Shown here piece by piece: positions 24,744-34,268 of a stretch of 64,000 nucleotides of DNA. The notes beneath the pieces are model-generated. The model searched no databases and was not told the origin of the DNA. It was given only the letters and a program-made list of their open reading frames with translations. Within the stretch, counting starts at the first letter, position 1. Each line of letters starts with the position of its first letter. This DNA comes from Rhodothermales bacterium (lineage in GTDB: Bacteria > Bacteroidota > Rhodothermia > Rhodothermales > VXPQ01), in assembly GCA_040904565.1 (NCBI GenBank), contig JBBDTI010000013.1, positions 1-64,000 of the forward strand. Reading direction: 5' to 3'. The translations under genes and the position numbers were made by a program.

Positions 24744-25487
24744 TCAAAAATTGTAGCTCCCTAGCTCCGTACCCATCTCTGTTGCGTCGAAAATCGATCG
24801 GGCGGCGTCCAGGTCCGTTTCGGGCAATCCCGGCGGCAGGTGAACGAGGAGGAGTCTCTTCGCGCCGGCATCGAGCGCAGTAGTGGCCGCCTGTGAAGCG
24901 GAAGAATGTCCCGATCCCTCGCCGTTTGCTTCGTGGACCAGGATGTCGGCTCCGGTGGCTAACGACGTGATTGTGGAGCAGGGTTCGGTATCGCAGGAGT
25001 AGGCAACCGTCTTACCCGAGGCGCGCGCGGTGATGCGCAGTCCGACTACGGGTACGCCGTGCCGGCCCGGAGATGCATCTACGTGCCAGGACGCGGTCCG
25101 CATGACGGAGGCTGACGGTTCGTGTGGAACTTCATTCCACGCTATTTCAGGCAGATCCCAGGACGACGTGTCGAATGCGGCCAGTGCGCGCCGTGCCTGT
25201 TCGATAGCGGGACGAATTCCGTAGACCGGTATCGGACGATCCCGTCCGGCCAGCCAGATCTTTTCCATGAAGAGGGGAAAGCCACTCACGTGATCGGGAT
25301 GCTCGTGAGTGACGATCAGTGCCGAAATCGTTTCGAGATCGATCTTCGAAGCGAGCAGACGCTGGACGACGTCGCCGCCGCAGTCGATTACGAGGGTATC
25401 GCTCCCGGATCGGCAGGCGAGCATGGTCGTCGTACGGTGCGGGTCGCTGATGGCGGCACCCGTACCCAGCAGATAGAGTGTCGGCAT
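24744..25487 (-). CDS. MBL-fold metallo-hydrolase, RNase Z/BN-like
   Basis: LLGTG, IDCG, THEHPDHVSG (HxHxDH), YSCDT, LVHEA, HSS, LVH. Confidence 0.85.
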   Translation of the reverse strand: MPTLYLLGTGAAISDPHRTTTMLACRSGSDTLVIDCGGDVVQRLLASKIDLETISALIVTHEHPDHVSGFPLFMEKIWLAGRDRPIPVYGIRPAIEQARRALAAFDTSSWDLPEIAWNEVPHEPSASVMRTASWHVDASPGRHGVPVVGLRITARASGKTVAYSCDTEPCSTITSLATGADILVHEANGEGSGHSSASQAATTALDAGAKRLLLVHLPPGLPETDLDAARSIFDATEMGTELGSYNF

Positions 25488-25493
25488 AATCGC

Positions 25494-26543
25494 TTACTTG
25501 CTTCGCCGAACGGTGTAGTCGACAAGTCCGAGCATGGCCTCGCGCGCCGTTGTGGACGGAAACGCATTCAGTTGTGAACGTGCGGCGTCGGCATGCTCGT
25601 GCATCTTCTTGCGAGCGTAGGCAAGTCCACCGTGCAACTCGACAAAACGAGAGACGTCCCGTACGTCTCCTCGCGACTTTTTCTTTTTCCGAACGATTTT
25701 CAGAATCGTGCGGCGTTCTCGACGAGAGGCCTCACGAAGTGCGTGAATGAGCGGGAGCGTCATTTTCTTTTCCTGCAGATCGATCCCGATCGGTTTGCCT
25801 ACATCTTCGATGCCGTAGTCAAAGAGATCGTCTCGAATCTGGAAGGCGAGCCCGAGCTCTTCACCGACCTGCCGCATGGAATCGACCACCTCGCGGTCGT
25901 CCGTTGCACTGAGCGAACCGCACCCCGTACACGCTGCAATGAGCGACGCCGTTTTGTCCGAAATGATGCGAAAATAGGTCGTCTCGTCGATATCGAGATG
26001 GCGCGACTTCTCGATCTGAAGGAGCTCACCCTCGCTCATGCGCCTGACGGCGTCCGAGAGCAGGCGAAGAAGTTCGTAGTCGCCGTAGTCCAGCGACAGC
26101 AGCAGACCCCGGCTGAGTAGAAAATCGCCGAAGAGGACGGCAATCTTGTTCTTCCACAGCGCGTTGATCGAGAATACCCCCCTACGACGTTCGGCCGTGT
26201 CAACCACGTCGTCGTGGACGAGCGTGGCGGTATGCATGAGTTCGACGAGCGCGGCGGCGCGGTAGGTCGACTCGTTGACGCCGCCGCACATGTTGGCTGA
26301 AAGCAGCACCAGCATCGGCCGCATCTCCTTGCCCTTCTGGCGCAGCATATACTGCGTCACTTTGTCGAGGAGACCGACATCCGACCGAACGGAGTCTCGG
26401 AAATAGCGGCGGAATTCGTCGAGTTCGTCTGCAACGACACTCCGGATTTCCTTCAGCGATAGGTCGCGAGGCGCTGCGGGAGCTTCCGGGTGAGCGAAGT
26501 GTTCGTCGCGACTCCCAGCAGCGAGCGCGTCCGTCTCTGGCAT
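25494..26543 (-). CDS. Polyprenyl diphosphate synthase (IspB-like)
   Basis: GKEMRP, HTATLVHDDVVD (FARM), RRG, KTASL, FQIRDDLFD (SARM). Confidence 0.92.
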   Translation of the reverse strand: MPETDALAAGSRDEHFAHPEAPAAPRDLSLKEIRSVVADELDEFRRYFRDSVRSDVGLLDKVTQYMLRQKGKEMRPMLVLLSANMCGGVNESTYRAAALVELMHTATLVHDDVVDTAERRRGVFSINALWKNKIAVLFGDFLLSRGLLLSLDYGDYELLRLLSDAVRRMSEGELLQIEKSRHLDIDETTYFRIISDKTASLIAACTGCGSLSATDDREVVDSMRQVGEELGLAFQIRDDLFDYGIEDVGKPIGIDLQEKKMTLPLIHALREASRRERRTILKIVRKKKKSRGDVRDVSRFVELHGGLAYARKKMHEHADAARSQLNAFPSTTAREAMLGLVDYTVRRSK

Positions 26544-26640
26544 GCGGATAAACGATTGAGACCTACAAACGATGGGACTTTGCGTATACGCCCCCCTATC
26601 ACAGATGTTTGGCGCTCGGCCGACGTGCGGAAGGGGGCCG

Positions 26641-27672
26641 TTACGAGGTTTGGAATCGATATTGTTTGCGGCGAAGCAGTGCGAGAAAAAACGGTACGCC
26701 GCAGATGGCCGTGACGGCTCCAACGGGAAGCTCTTGCGACGGCAGGAGCACCCGAGCGGCAACGTCTGCCCAGATTAGAAAGACGGCACCGACGAAGAAG
26801 CTCGCCGGGACGAGCTTGCGATGCGTCACGCCCGTAAAAAATCGAACGATGTGGGGCACGATCAGTCCGACGAAGCCGATCGCCCCGGACGTGGCCACGA
26901 GCGTTCCCGTCACCAGTGCGGCGAGGCCGATCAGGATATGTTTGATGCGCTCCATGGGTACGCCGAGGCTGGATGCCGGCTCTTCGCCGAGCAACATGGC
27001 ATCCATCGGTCTGCTGAGGGCGAGAAGGAGCGCGAGTCCGAATGCCGTCGTGATCGCCGGCAGGGGAATGGATCCCCACCGGGATCCCGCCAGCGACCCC
27101 TGCAGCCAGAAGAGGATCGCGCGGAGCTTGTCAGGCTCCGGAGAAGCAAAGGTGATGAGTGCGGTGATGGCTCCCATGAGAGCAGCCATAGCGACGCCGG
27201 CGAGCAGGAGACGGGCCACGGACAACGTCGACCCCGATCGCGCCACCATATACACGATGGTGATGGAGAGGAGTCCGCCTGCGAACGCTGCAAGGGGCAT
27301 CGAGAACGCTCGTGAAAGCAGGGGCGGAAGGAATCCGAGATAGAAGAGCGAGGCGCCTGCAGCCGCTCCTCCGGAGATGCCCAGGATATATGGTTCTGCC
27401 AGCGGGTTGCGGACGAGGGTCTGCATGGCTACGCCGATGATGGCGAGTCCCCCTCCCACGATGCCCGCGAGGACGACTCTGGGCAGCCGGAGCTGCCATA
27501 CGATGGCGTCCACGGCGTCTGGGACCGCCGCAGCAGGATCACCGCCGAGTCGGCGAAGGAGGACGGCCACCACGGCCGCGAAGTCGATATCTTCGCTTCC
27601 GAACGACAGCCCTCCGAGCAGTGAGAGCACCACAAGGGCGAAGAGAAGCGCTGGAAACCGTAGACACCGCAT
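26641..27672 (-). CDS. FecCD/BtuC-family ABC transporter permease
   Basis: LRLPR, RNPLAEPYILGIS, LGEEPASSLG, IGFVGLIVPH, LPVGAVTA. TGATG overlap with the upstream binding-protein gene. Confidence 0.92.
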   Translation of the reverse strand: MRCLRFPALLFALVVLSLLGGLSFGSEDIDFAAVVAVLLRRLGGDPAAAVPDAVDAIVWQLRLPRVVLAGIVGGGLAIIGVAMQTLVRNPLAEPYILGISGGAAAGASLFYLGFLPPLLSRAFSMPLAAFAGGLLSITIVYMVARSGSTLSVARLLLAGVAMAALMGAITALITFASPEPDKLRAILFWLQGSLAGSRWGSIPLPAITTAFGLALLLALSRPMDAMLLGEEPASSLGVPMERIKHILIGLAALVTGTLVATSGAIGFVGLIVPHIVRFFTGVTHRKLVPASFFVGAVFLIWADVAARVLLPSQELPVGAVTAICGVPFFLALLRRKQYRFQTS

Positions 27673-28595
27673 CAATCGGATGGCGAGGTGGATAGGGGAA
27701 ACAGATCGGGGTGCAGGAGGCGCGCCAGTGCGTAGGCACCGGCGACCAGGCGGGGGCCGGGGCGAGCCAGGAGGTCGGCGTCGACACCGTATACGCGTCC
27801 GTTGCGTACGGCGGGTACGTTCGTCCACGCCGGATGACGATCCAGCACGTCGTCCACGTTCACGGCATCGCCCCAGAGCCCCACGATCACGTCGGGTGCT
27901 CTCGTGAGTACGAATTCTTCGGACAGCACCGGGGCAGCCGTTTCGAGCTCTCGCGTGATGCTCCGGCCTCCCGCCAGGTCGACGAGTTCGTGCACGTAGC
28001 TCGGCTTTCCGAAGGAGTATAGCGCTTCGATGCCGACGAGGACGAGCACGCTGGGGCGCCGATCGACCGGTGCCGTAGCTTGTCGGAGAATTGCAGTTCG
28101 GTTCCGGAGCGAGTCAGCGACGACGTCCGCCCGCGCCGAATGGTTCATCATGCGTCCAACGGTTTGCAGGCTTTCGTATACGTCGTCGAGACTGCTGATC
28201 GAGAGAAAGTACGTGGGGATGCCTACGGCCTCGAGCGTTTCCGCAGAGCGAGGGCTGTTGACCTGCGTGGAAGCCAGCACGAGATCGGGTTCCAGGGCGG
28301 TTAATGCCTCGAAGTCGACGGGATAGGTGCTGAATCGTGGGATGGTGGCCACGGCGGGCGGATAATCATCCGGAATCCCCACGCCGACGAGCCGGTCGCC
28401 GCCGCCGACGGCAAAGACGATTTCCGTAAGACTCGGTGCCAGCGTGGCGACGCGCGATACGGGTAGCTCGACGGCGACCGACCGGCCGAGATCGTCCGTC
28501 AGGTTCTGCGAACGCGGCTCCGCCGGATCTCCACATCCGACGACGAACAGCGCGAGAAGAGTCAGTGCCGTAAAGTATGTTGGAGCACGGGGCAT
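27672..28595 (-). CDS. BtuF-like cobalamin/iron-chelate binding lipoprotein
   Basis: Lipobox VVGC, DDLGR, LAPSLTEIVFAVG, DYPP, EPDLVL, PAVRNGRVY, RPGPRL. Confidence 0.88.
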   Translation of the reverse strand: MPRAPTYFTALTLLALFVVGCGDPAEPRSQNLTDDLGRSVAVELPVSRVATLAPSLTEIVFAVGGGDRLVGVGIPDDYPPAVATIPRFSTYPVDFEALTALEPDLVLASTQVNSPRSAETLEAVGIPTYFLSISSLDDVYESLQTVGRMMNHSARADVVADSLRNRTAILRQATAPVDRRPSVLVLVGIEALYSFGKPSYVHELVDLAGGRSITRELETAAPVLSEEFVLTRAPDVIVGLWGDAVNVDDVLDRHPAWTNVPAVRNGRVYGVDADLLARPGPRLVAGAYALARLLHPDLFPLSTSPSD

Positions 28596-28607
28596 CTGGA
28601 GGACCGT

Positions 28608-29558
28608 ATGACCTTTACGTTTATCATCAACCCGAAAGCCGGCCGGGGTCGGTTCCACGGTAGCGGGAACGCACTCGAGCGGGCTGCTCGGGGTGCAGGG
28701 TTGTCCTGCTCGTTCCGCTATACGAACTATCGCGGACATGCCAGACATCTGGCCGCGGAGGCGGCTGGACGAACGGATGTCGTCGTTGCCGTAGGCGGAG
28801 ACGGTACGATTCACGAGGTTGTTTCCGGTCTCGTGGAAGCCGGAGCATCCGCACGGCGACGCATCTCCCCAACATATCTGGGCATCGTACCGTCCGGGAC
28901 GGGGAATGATTTTGCGAAAATGTTCGATCTGCCGTCCCGCCTGGCTCCGTTGATGCAGGTGCTGAAGGAAGCGAAGACGGCTCGGGTTGACTACGGCATC
29001 GTTCGGTGGGAGGGTCTGGACGGACGGGGTACGGGCGTGTTCGTAAACGTCGCAGGCGCGGGCTTCGACGCCAAGGTAGCCTCGTCGGCGGCGGGCTTCA
29101 AGAAGCTGCGGGGTACGTCCCGTTATCTTGCGGCCGTGTTGAGCACACTTCGTTCATGGGAGTCGCCCGAGGTTCGGGTAGATCTGTTTCATGGCGGGGG
29201 CGAGCTCGAGCGCGTCGAGACGTCGATGCTCATGGTCCTGGTCGGGAACGGCCGATGTGCTGCGGGCGGTTTCTATCTCACGCCGGATGCCACGATCGTC
29301 GACGGGATGCTCGATGTGTGCATCGTAGGAAGGATCTCCGGATGGCGCATCGCGTCCCTGATCCCACGAGTACTCCGCGGCAGGAGTCTACGCGATGAGC
29401 CGGAGATCGTCCAGCGACGTGTGCGGTCCCTGGAGGTCCGCAGCACCGTACCGCTTCCGGTACAGGCGGATGGCGAAGTGCTGGCCGAACGAGCTAGGTT
29501 CGTCCACCTGGACCTCGTCGAGAAGGGTCTGCCCATCGTGATGCCCCTAAAATCATGA
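28608..29558 (+). CDS. Diacylglycerol/lipid kinase family protein (YegS/BmrU-like)
   Basis: INPKAG, GGDGTIHEV, PSGTGNDF, GFDAKV, QADGE. Confidence 0.9.
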   Translation: MTFTFIINPKAGRGRFHGSGNALERAARGAGLSCSFRYTNYRGHARHLAAEAAGRTDVVVAVGGDGTIHEVVSGLVEAGASARRRISPTYLGIVPSGTGNDFAKMFDLPSRLAPLMQVLKEAKTARVDYGIVRWEGLDGRGTGVFVNVAGAGFDAKVASSAAGFKKLRGTSRYLAAVLSTLRSWESPEVRVDLFHGGGELERVETSMLMVLVGNGRCAAGGFYLTPDATIVDGMLDVCIVGRISGWRIASLIPRVLRGRSLRDEPEIVQRRVRSLEVRSTVPLPVQADGEVLAERARFVHLDLVEKGLPIVMPLKS

Positions 29559-29639
29559 TGCGGCGCTTTAAATGTTCGGGGCATTGCCGATACCATCGTT
29601 ACGAATCTACCCCTTCTACATGCATTTGCCCGGCATCCT

Positions 29640-31022
29640 GTGAAGAAGCGAATCTACATTGTCGACGACGAACCGAAGATTGGCGACATGTTCGTCAATG
29701 TGCTCTCCAGGGAAAGATTCGACGCACGGTCGTTCACGAGTGCGACGAGCATGTTCGAGGCGCTGGACGCATCCGAATCGCCGGATCTCGTCGTGACGGA
29801 CCTGATGATGCCCCGGACGGACGGCATCGAGCTGATGAGGGAGCTGCGGAAACGCAAGCTCAACGTTCCCGTGATCATCATGACGGCGCATTCCTCGGTC
29901 ACGTCCGCGGTAGAGGCCATGCGGCTCGGCGCATTCCACTATCTCCAGAAACCCATCAATCTGGAGGAGATGCGAACGCTCATCGGTAAGGCGCTCGACC
30001 TGTATGAAGAGAAGCCGCCGCCGAAGCCGGCCGCAAAAGCGGCTAGCCCGTCGTTCCCCCTGAAAGGCATCCTTGGGGACAGTCCCGGCGTCGTAAAAGT
30101 GCGAGAGACGATCGGCACGCTCCGGGATGTGCCGAACACAATCGTGCTGATAACCGGAGAGACGGGTACCGGAAAGAATCTCGTTGCCAGGACGATCCAC
30201 CACAACTCGTCGTACAACGCCGGCCGCTTTATGGAGATCAACTGTGCGGCGCTGCCGGACAATCTGCTCGAGGCCGAACTGTTCGGATACGAGAAAGGCG
30301 CGTTCACGGATGCCAGGGCATCGAAGCCGGGGCTCCTTGAGCTGGCGGACGGCGGAACGGTTTTTCTCGACGAGATCGACTCGATGAGCATGGTTCTTCA
30401 GGCCAAGCTGCTTTCGTTTCTCGAAAGTCGCACCTTCAGGAGGCTCGGGGGAGTGGACGACCTCCGGGTAACGACCCGCATCCTGTGCGCGTCGAATGCC
30501 AATCTCGAGGAGCGCGTGAAGGACAAAGAATTCCGAAAGGACCTCTATTACCGGATCAACGTCGTCAACCTGCACCTGCCCCCGCTCCGGCACATGAACG
30601 GGGACGTGCTCACGCTCGCTGCCAGCATCGTCGAAGAGTTCAATGAGGAGCTGAAGCGCGACATCTCCGGGTTTTCCGAAGGTGCCGAAGAGAAGCTGCT
30701 GAGCCATTCGTGGCCTGGAAACGTGCGCGAATTGCGGAACGTGATCGAGCGCGCGATGATCTTTGCGGAAGGGTCGCGCGTCGATGCGTCCGATTTGCAC
30801 ATGGTCTCGTCGGGCATGCCCGGCGACGTTTTCATGGCCGGGAGCGGATTTCAGTTTCCCACCGGTGCGTCGCTAGAAGACCTCGAGCGTGCCTACATCC
30901 TCCATACGCTGCAGGAATACGATGCGTCGTATTCCGACATAGCAGACCTGCTGGGCATTTCTAAGAAGACGCTCTGGGAGAAGCGCCGCCGGTACGATCT
31001 GGACGCGCTGGTATCTAGGTAG
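29640..31022 (+). CDS. Sigma-54-dependent response regulator (NtrC family)
   Basis: Receiver domain (VDDE, TDLMMP, KP), GETGTGK, ELFGYEKGAFTDA, FLDEI, WPGNVREL, C-terminal Fis-type HTH. Confidence 0.95.
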   Translation: MKKRIYIVDDEPKIGDMFVNVLSRERFDARSFTSATSMFEALDASESPDLVVTDLMMPRTDGIELMRELRKRKLNVPVIIMTAHSSVTSAVEAMRLGAFHYLQKPINLEEMRTLIGKALDLYEEKPPPKPAAKAASPSFPLKGILGDSPGVVKVRETIGTLRDVPNTIVLITGETGTGKNLVARTIHHNSSYNAGRFMEINCAALPDNLLEAELFGYEKGAFTDARASKPGLLELADGGTVFLDEIDSMSMVLQAKLLSFLESRTFRRLGGVDDLRVTTRILCASNANLEERVKDKEFRKDLYYRINVVNLHLPPLRHMNGDVLTLAASIVEEFNEELKRDISGFSEGAEEKLLSHSWPGNVRELRNVIERAMIFAEGSRVDASDLHMVSSGMPGDVFMAGSGFQFPTGASLEDLERAYILHTLQEYDASYSDIADLLGISKKTLWEKRRRYDLDALVSR

Positions 31023-31123
31023 GAGGCTGCGTGGGAGCGGTCCTGAATCGATGCCGACAGCGTTCCGTCCGGATCCACGCATCGAGACAACATTGTCCGC
31101 CGCCGTCCCTATTTTGCCTTTCT

Positions 31124-32023
31124 ATGGACGAGCAGGAAACACGGGAACTCATCGAGCGGGTGCACGCTGAACTTTCGAGCGGCGGGGGCACGGACGAGCG
31201 TTCGCCCGACAGCACAGACCGGCGATCGCCCGACATTAAGGACCGGCGGGCGCGCGAGCTGCCGGAACAGCAGATTCGGCGAGCGATCGAGCGACGTATC
31301 GGAGAGGGAGCAGTCCGCGCGAATGCGGAGGCCGGAGATCGCGGCGCATCGACAGAGGATGGTGGAGACTGGGATAGGGCGCTTGCCGGGCGCATCGATC
31401 ATACGGCACTCGGCCCCGCGACGAGCATAGAGGAGATTGAATGGCTATGCGGGGAGGCTCGCCGCTACCGGTTCGCATCCGTTTGCGTACCGCCGTGCTA
31501 CGTCGAGATGGCCGCGGCATGGTTAACCGGAGAACCCGTGGCAGTATGTACGGTAGTTGGATTTCCCCTCGGTACGACGCATCCGGAGGCCAAGGTGCGT
31601 GAGTCCGTGCTTGCGGCCGGCGATGGGGCGACGGAGATAGACATGGTCTTGAATGTCGGCATGCTCAAGAGCCACGAATTCGGATATGTCGGGGAAGATA
31701 TTCGCGCCGTCGTACGGGCCGTACAGCACCGGGGCATCCTCGTGAAGGTGATACTGGAAACGGGACTGCTGACGGACGAAGAGAAGGTTGCCGCCTGCAT
31801 CCTCGCTCAGCGCGCAGGGGCCGATTTTGTGAAGACGTCGACGGGCTTTTCCTCGGGCGGAGCGACCGCGAGGGACGTCGAACTCATGCGGCGAGTGGTG
31901 GGAGATTCCATGGGAGTGAAGGCCGCGGGAGGCATTCGGACGGCGCAGGATGCCCGTCGTATGCTGGAGCACGGTGCATCGCGAATCGGAGCCAGCGCTT
32001 CGGTCGCCATCGTTCAGTCGTAG
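31124..32023 (+). CDS. deoC: Deoxyribose-phosphate aldolase with N-terminal extension
   Basis: IDHTAL, VVGFPLG, EIDMV, KVILET, FVKTSTGF, VKAAGGIR, GASRIGAS. About 85 extra N-terminal residues. Confidence 0.92.
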   Translation: MDEQETRELIERVHAELSSGGGTDERSPDSTDRRSPDIKDRRARELPEQQIRRAIERRIGEGAVRANAEAGDRGASTEDGGDWDRALAGRIDHTALGPATSIEEIEWLCGEARRYRFASVCVPPCYVEMAAAWLTGEPVAVCTVVGFPLGTTHPEAKVRESVLAAGDGATEIDMVLNVGMLKSHEFGYVGEDIRAVVRAVQHRGILVKVILETGLLTDEEKVAACILAQRAGADFVKTSTGFSSGGATARDVELMRRVVGDSMGVKAAGGIRTAQDARRMLEHGASRIGASASVAIVQS

Positions 32024-32142
32024 TATCCTTCGGGGCCCGGCCCGTGCACGCTTCCTGCCCAGTCAGCCGGATCATCGACGTTCGTGAGGCGGTTGGATCG
32101 ACCTATCGGCATAGACAGCGTAAACGACGCACAGGTATAAGG

Positions 32143-32673
32143 ATGTACGGGAAATTGGGGGTGATTGTCCTGCTCATGATGTTCGTGTCGGCCTGTGCTG
32201 GGCCGCGCGAAGTCGCCGAGCCGGTCGAAGAATCAGAGGTGCTGCCTTCTCCTGAGGTGCGCCTGTCAGCATATGAGGATTTCGACGCGTCACGCTATGA
32301 AGAGCCTGAGCTCGGTCCGATGCCGCCCATCGAGCACGACGTCCCTGCGCGTTTGATGGAAGGGCGTGCGGACGAAGGTATTCGCCGCGAGCTGCAGGGC
32401 CTGCGCGTGCAGATTCACTCGTCTCTAGAGAAGAGTGAAGCGGTCGAGGTCGAGGAGGAATTACAGGAGTGGCTCAGGTCGGAAAACGAGAATGAGGCGG
32501 TCCCGTCCGCTCTGCGAGATCTCCCCATCTACGTGGTGTATATCCAGCCGTACTACCGCGTGCGCGTCGGCAATTTTACGTCTCGAGAGGCCGCGGACCG
32601 CGTACGGCGCTACGTCGCCCGGCAGTTTCCGAATGCATTCATCGTACCCGATACCGTCGTGATTACGCGGTGA
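32143..32673 (+). CDS. SPOR-domain lipoprotein
   Basis: Lipobox VSAC, GLRVQI, PYYRVRVGNFTSREAA...FPNAFIV. Confidence 0.85.
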   Translation: MYGKLGVIVLLMMFVSACAGPREVAEPVEESEVLPSPEVRLSAYEDFDASRYEEPELGPMPPIEHDVPARLMEGRADEGIRRELQGLRVQIHSSLEKSEAVEVEEELQEWLRSENENEAVPSALRDLPIYVVYIQPYYRVRVGNFTSREAADRVRRYVARQFPNAFIVPDTVVITR

Positions 32674-32686
32674 GTCTTTCCGACCG

Positions 32687-33532
32687 TCATCGAAGCGACT
32701 CCTCGAGCGTCGTTGCCGCGTCGGTCTTTTCGTCTCTGTATTTTACGATGAGGGGGGCGTACACCGAAAGGCCGTGACGCTCGGCAAAGGGGCCGTTGGC
32801 GGAGCGGGATCCCGGGATGATAACGGCGTTCTTCGGTACGTCGAGGGTCCCGTTTTCACCTCGCTGGATGGTGCGTTCGCGCACGAGATCGTAGATCTTC
32901 GTCGAACCCGTCAAGACGACGCCGGGGGCAAGGACGGCGCCCCGGCGGACGTGGCAGCCTTCATAGATCCCGCAGCCACCACCCACGAAGACGTCGTCTT
33001 CGACGATCACGGGCATGGCGCCGACCGGCTCCAGAACGCCGCCGATCTGTACGGCGGCCGAGAGATGGACGCGCTTGCCGATCTGCGCGCAGCTGCCGAC
33101 GAGCGCGTGGGAATCGACCATGCTGCCTTCATCCACGTAGGCGCCGACGTTGACGTACATCGGCGGCATGCAGACGACGCCGGGTGCGAGGTAGGATCCC
33201 GTTCGAACGGATGAACCGCCCGGCACGATTCGAACCCCATGAGAACGATCGATCGGTTTGACCGGATAGGTATCCTTGTCGAAAAACGGGAATCGGCCTG
33301 ACGAGTAATCCGTCAGACTTCCCATTCGAAACCCGATCAGGATGGCGCTCTTGACCCAGCGGTGCACGGTCCAGTTGCCGTCGTCATTTGGCGACGCGGC
33401 TCGAATACGTCCGCTGTTGAGCGCGTCGATAGCGTCGTCGAATGTCGATCGTGCGTCTGCCGTGAGGTCGGCGGCCGGAACGTCGGCCCATTTCGCAACA
33501 CGCTGTTTGAGGTCGTGGATGGAGGATTCCAT
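32687..33532 (-). CDS. dapD: Tetrahydrodipicolinate N-succinyltransferase
   Basis: WVKSAIL, RIVPGG, YVNVGAYVDEG, VGSCAQIG, GGVLEP and hexapeptide repeats. Confidence 0.93.
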   Translation of the reverse strand: MESSIHDLKQRVAKWADVPAADLTADARSTFDDAIDALNSGRIRAASPNDDGNWTVHRWVKSAILIGFRMGSLTDYSSGRFPFFDKDTYPVKPIDRSHGVRIVPGGSSVRTGSYLAPGVVCMPPMYVNVGAYVDEGSMVDSHALVGSCAQIGKRVHLSAAVQIGGVLEPVGAMPVIVEDDVFVGGGCGIYEGCHVRRGAVLAPGVVLTGSTKIYDLVRERTIQRGENGTLDVPKNAVIIPGSRSANGPFAERHGLSVYAPLIVKYRDEKTDAATTLEESLR

Positions 33533-33572
33533 GTATCGGTAATTCTACTTCTGGTGGACTGGAGTCGGACGA

Positions 33573-34091
33573 CTAGAGGCGGGCGATGGGTCCGATGCGT
33601 GAATGGGTCAGGATGGCTTTTCGCTCTTCGGCCGTGGGGCGCGACGGGCGGTCACGGTCGCAGGGCACCTGGCAGAGAAATCCGAGCGGTTCATCCTCGT
33701 CGGCTTGAAGCTGATGCCACGTCCGTGAGGGAATGTGGAGCAGGTCGAAAGTGCCGACGTCCGCCACCTCGTCGCCGACGATGACCCTCCCACGACCGCG
33801 AAGGATGACGACGGAATGCGGGTGATCGTGCCGCTCGAACGTGGAATGTCCAGCGGGCTCGATTTCGAAGTAGCGTAGTTCGCATGGCTGACCGTCCTCT
33901 TCCGTGAAGAGGGTCTGCCGCGTGACGTCGCGGAAGTGGGATCCTTCATTCTTGTACCGTTTCAGGGGCACGTCTTCCCATCGATAGTCCTCTTCCTCGC
34001 TACGAAACCTGCGAAGGCGTCCATGAAGCGCGTCAGTGGACGGGGTGGGGGCAGCAGCCGGCTGCCCGGAATGCTCGGAGGAGCCTTTCAT
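33573..34091 (-). CDS. Cupin, probable 1-methylthio-xylulose 5-phosphate methylsulfurylase
   Basis: YRWEDV...YK, FRDVTRQTLF, ELRYFEI, STFERHDHPH, WHQ, GFLC, RDRP. Lies just downstream of the RLP gene on the same strand. Confidence 0.78.
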   Translation of the reverse strand: MKGSSEHSGQPAAAPTPSTDALHGRLRRFRSEEEDYRWEDVPLKRYKNEGSHFRDVTRQTLFTEEDGQPCELRYFEIEPAGHSTFERHDHPHSVVILRGRGRVIVGDEVADVGTFDLLHIPSRTWHQLQADEDEPLGFLCQVPCDRDRPSRPTAEERKAILTHSRIGPIARL

Positions 34092-34268
34092 TGTCGTATG
34101 CTCGTGTCCTGTGCTCGTGTGTGTGTGGTCGCGCCGTGCGATCGTGTTGCATCCCGCGGGATGGACGGTGGTATTGAACGTGCTGGGCGTATGGCGCCGT
34201 ACGTCCGGTTGTTCCTCCTCGCGGGTGTCCTGCCCATCATGATCTCGGTAAATCGTCCGCGGCTGCCT

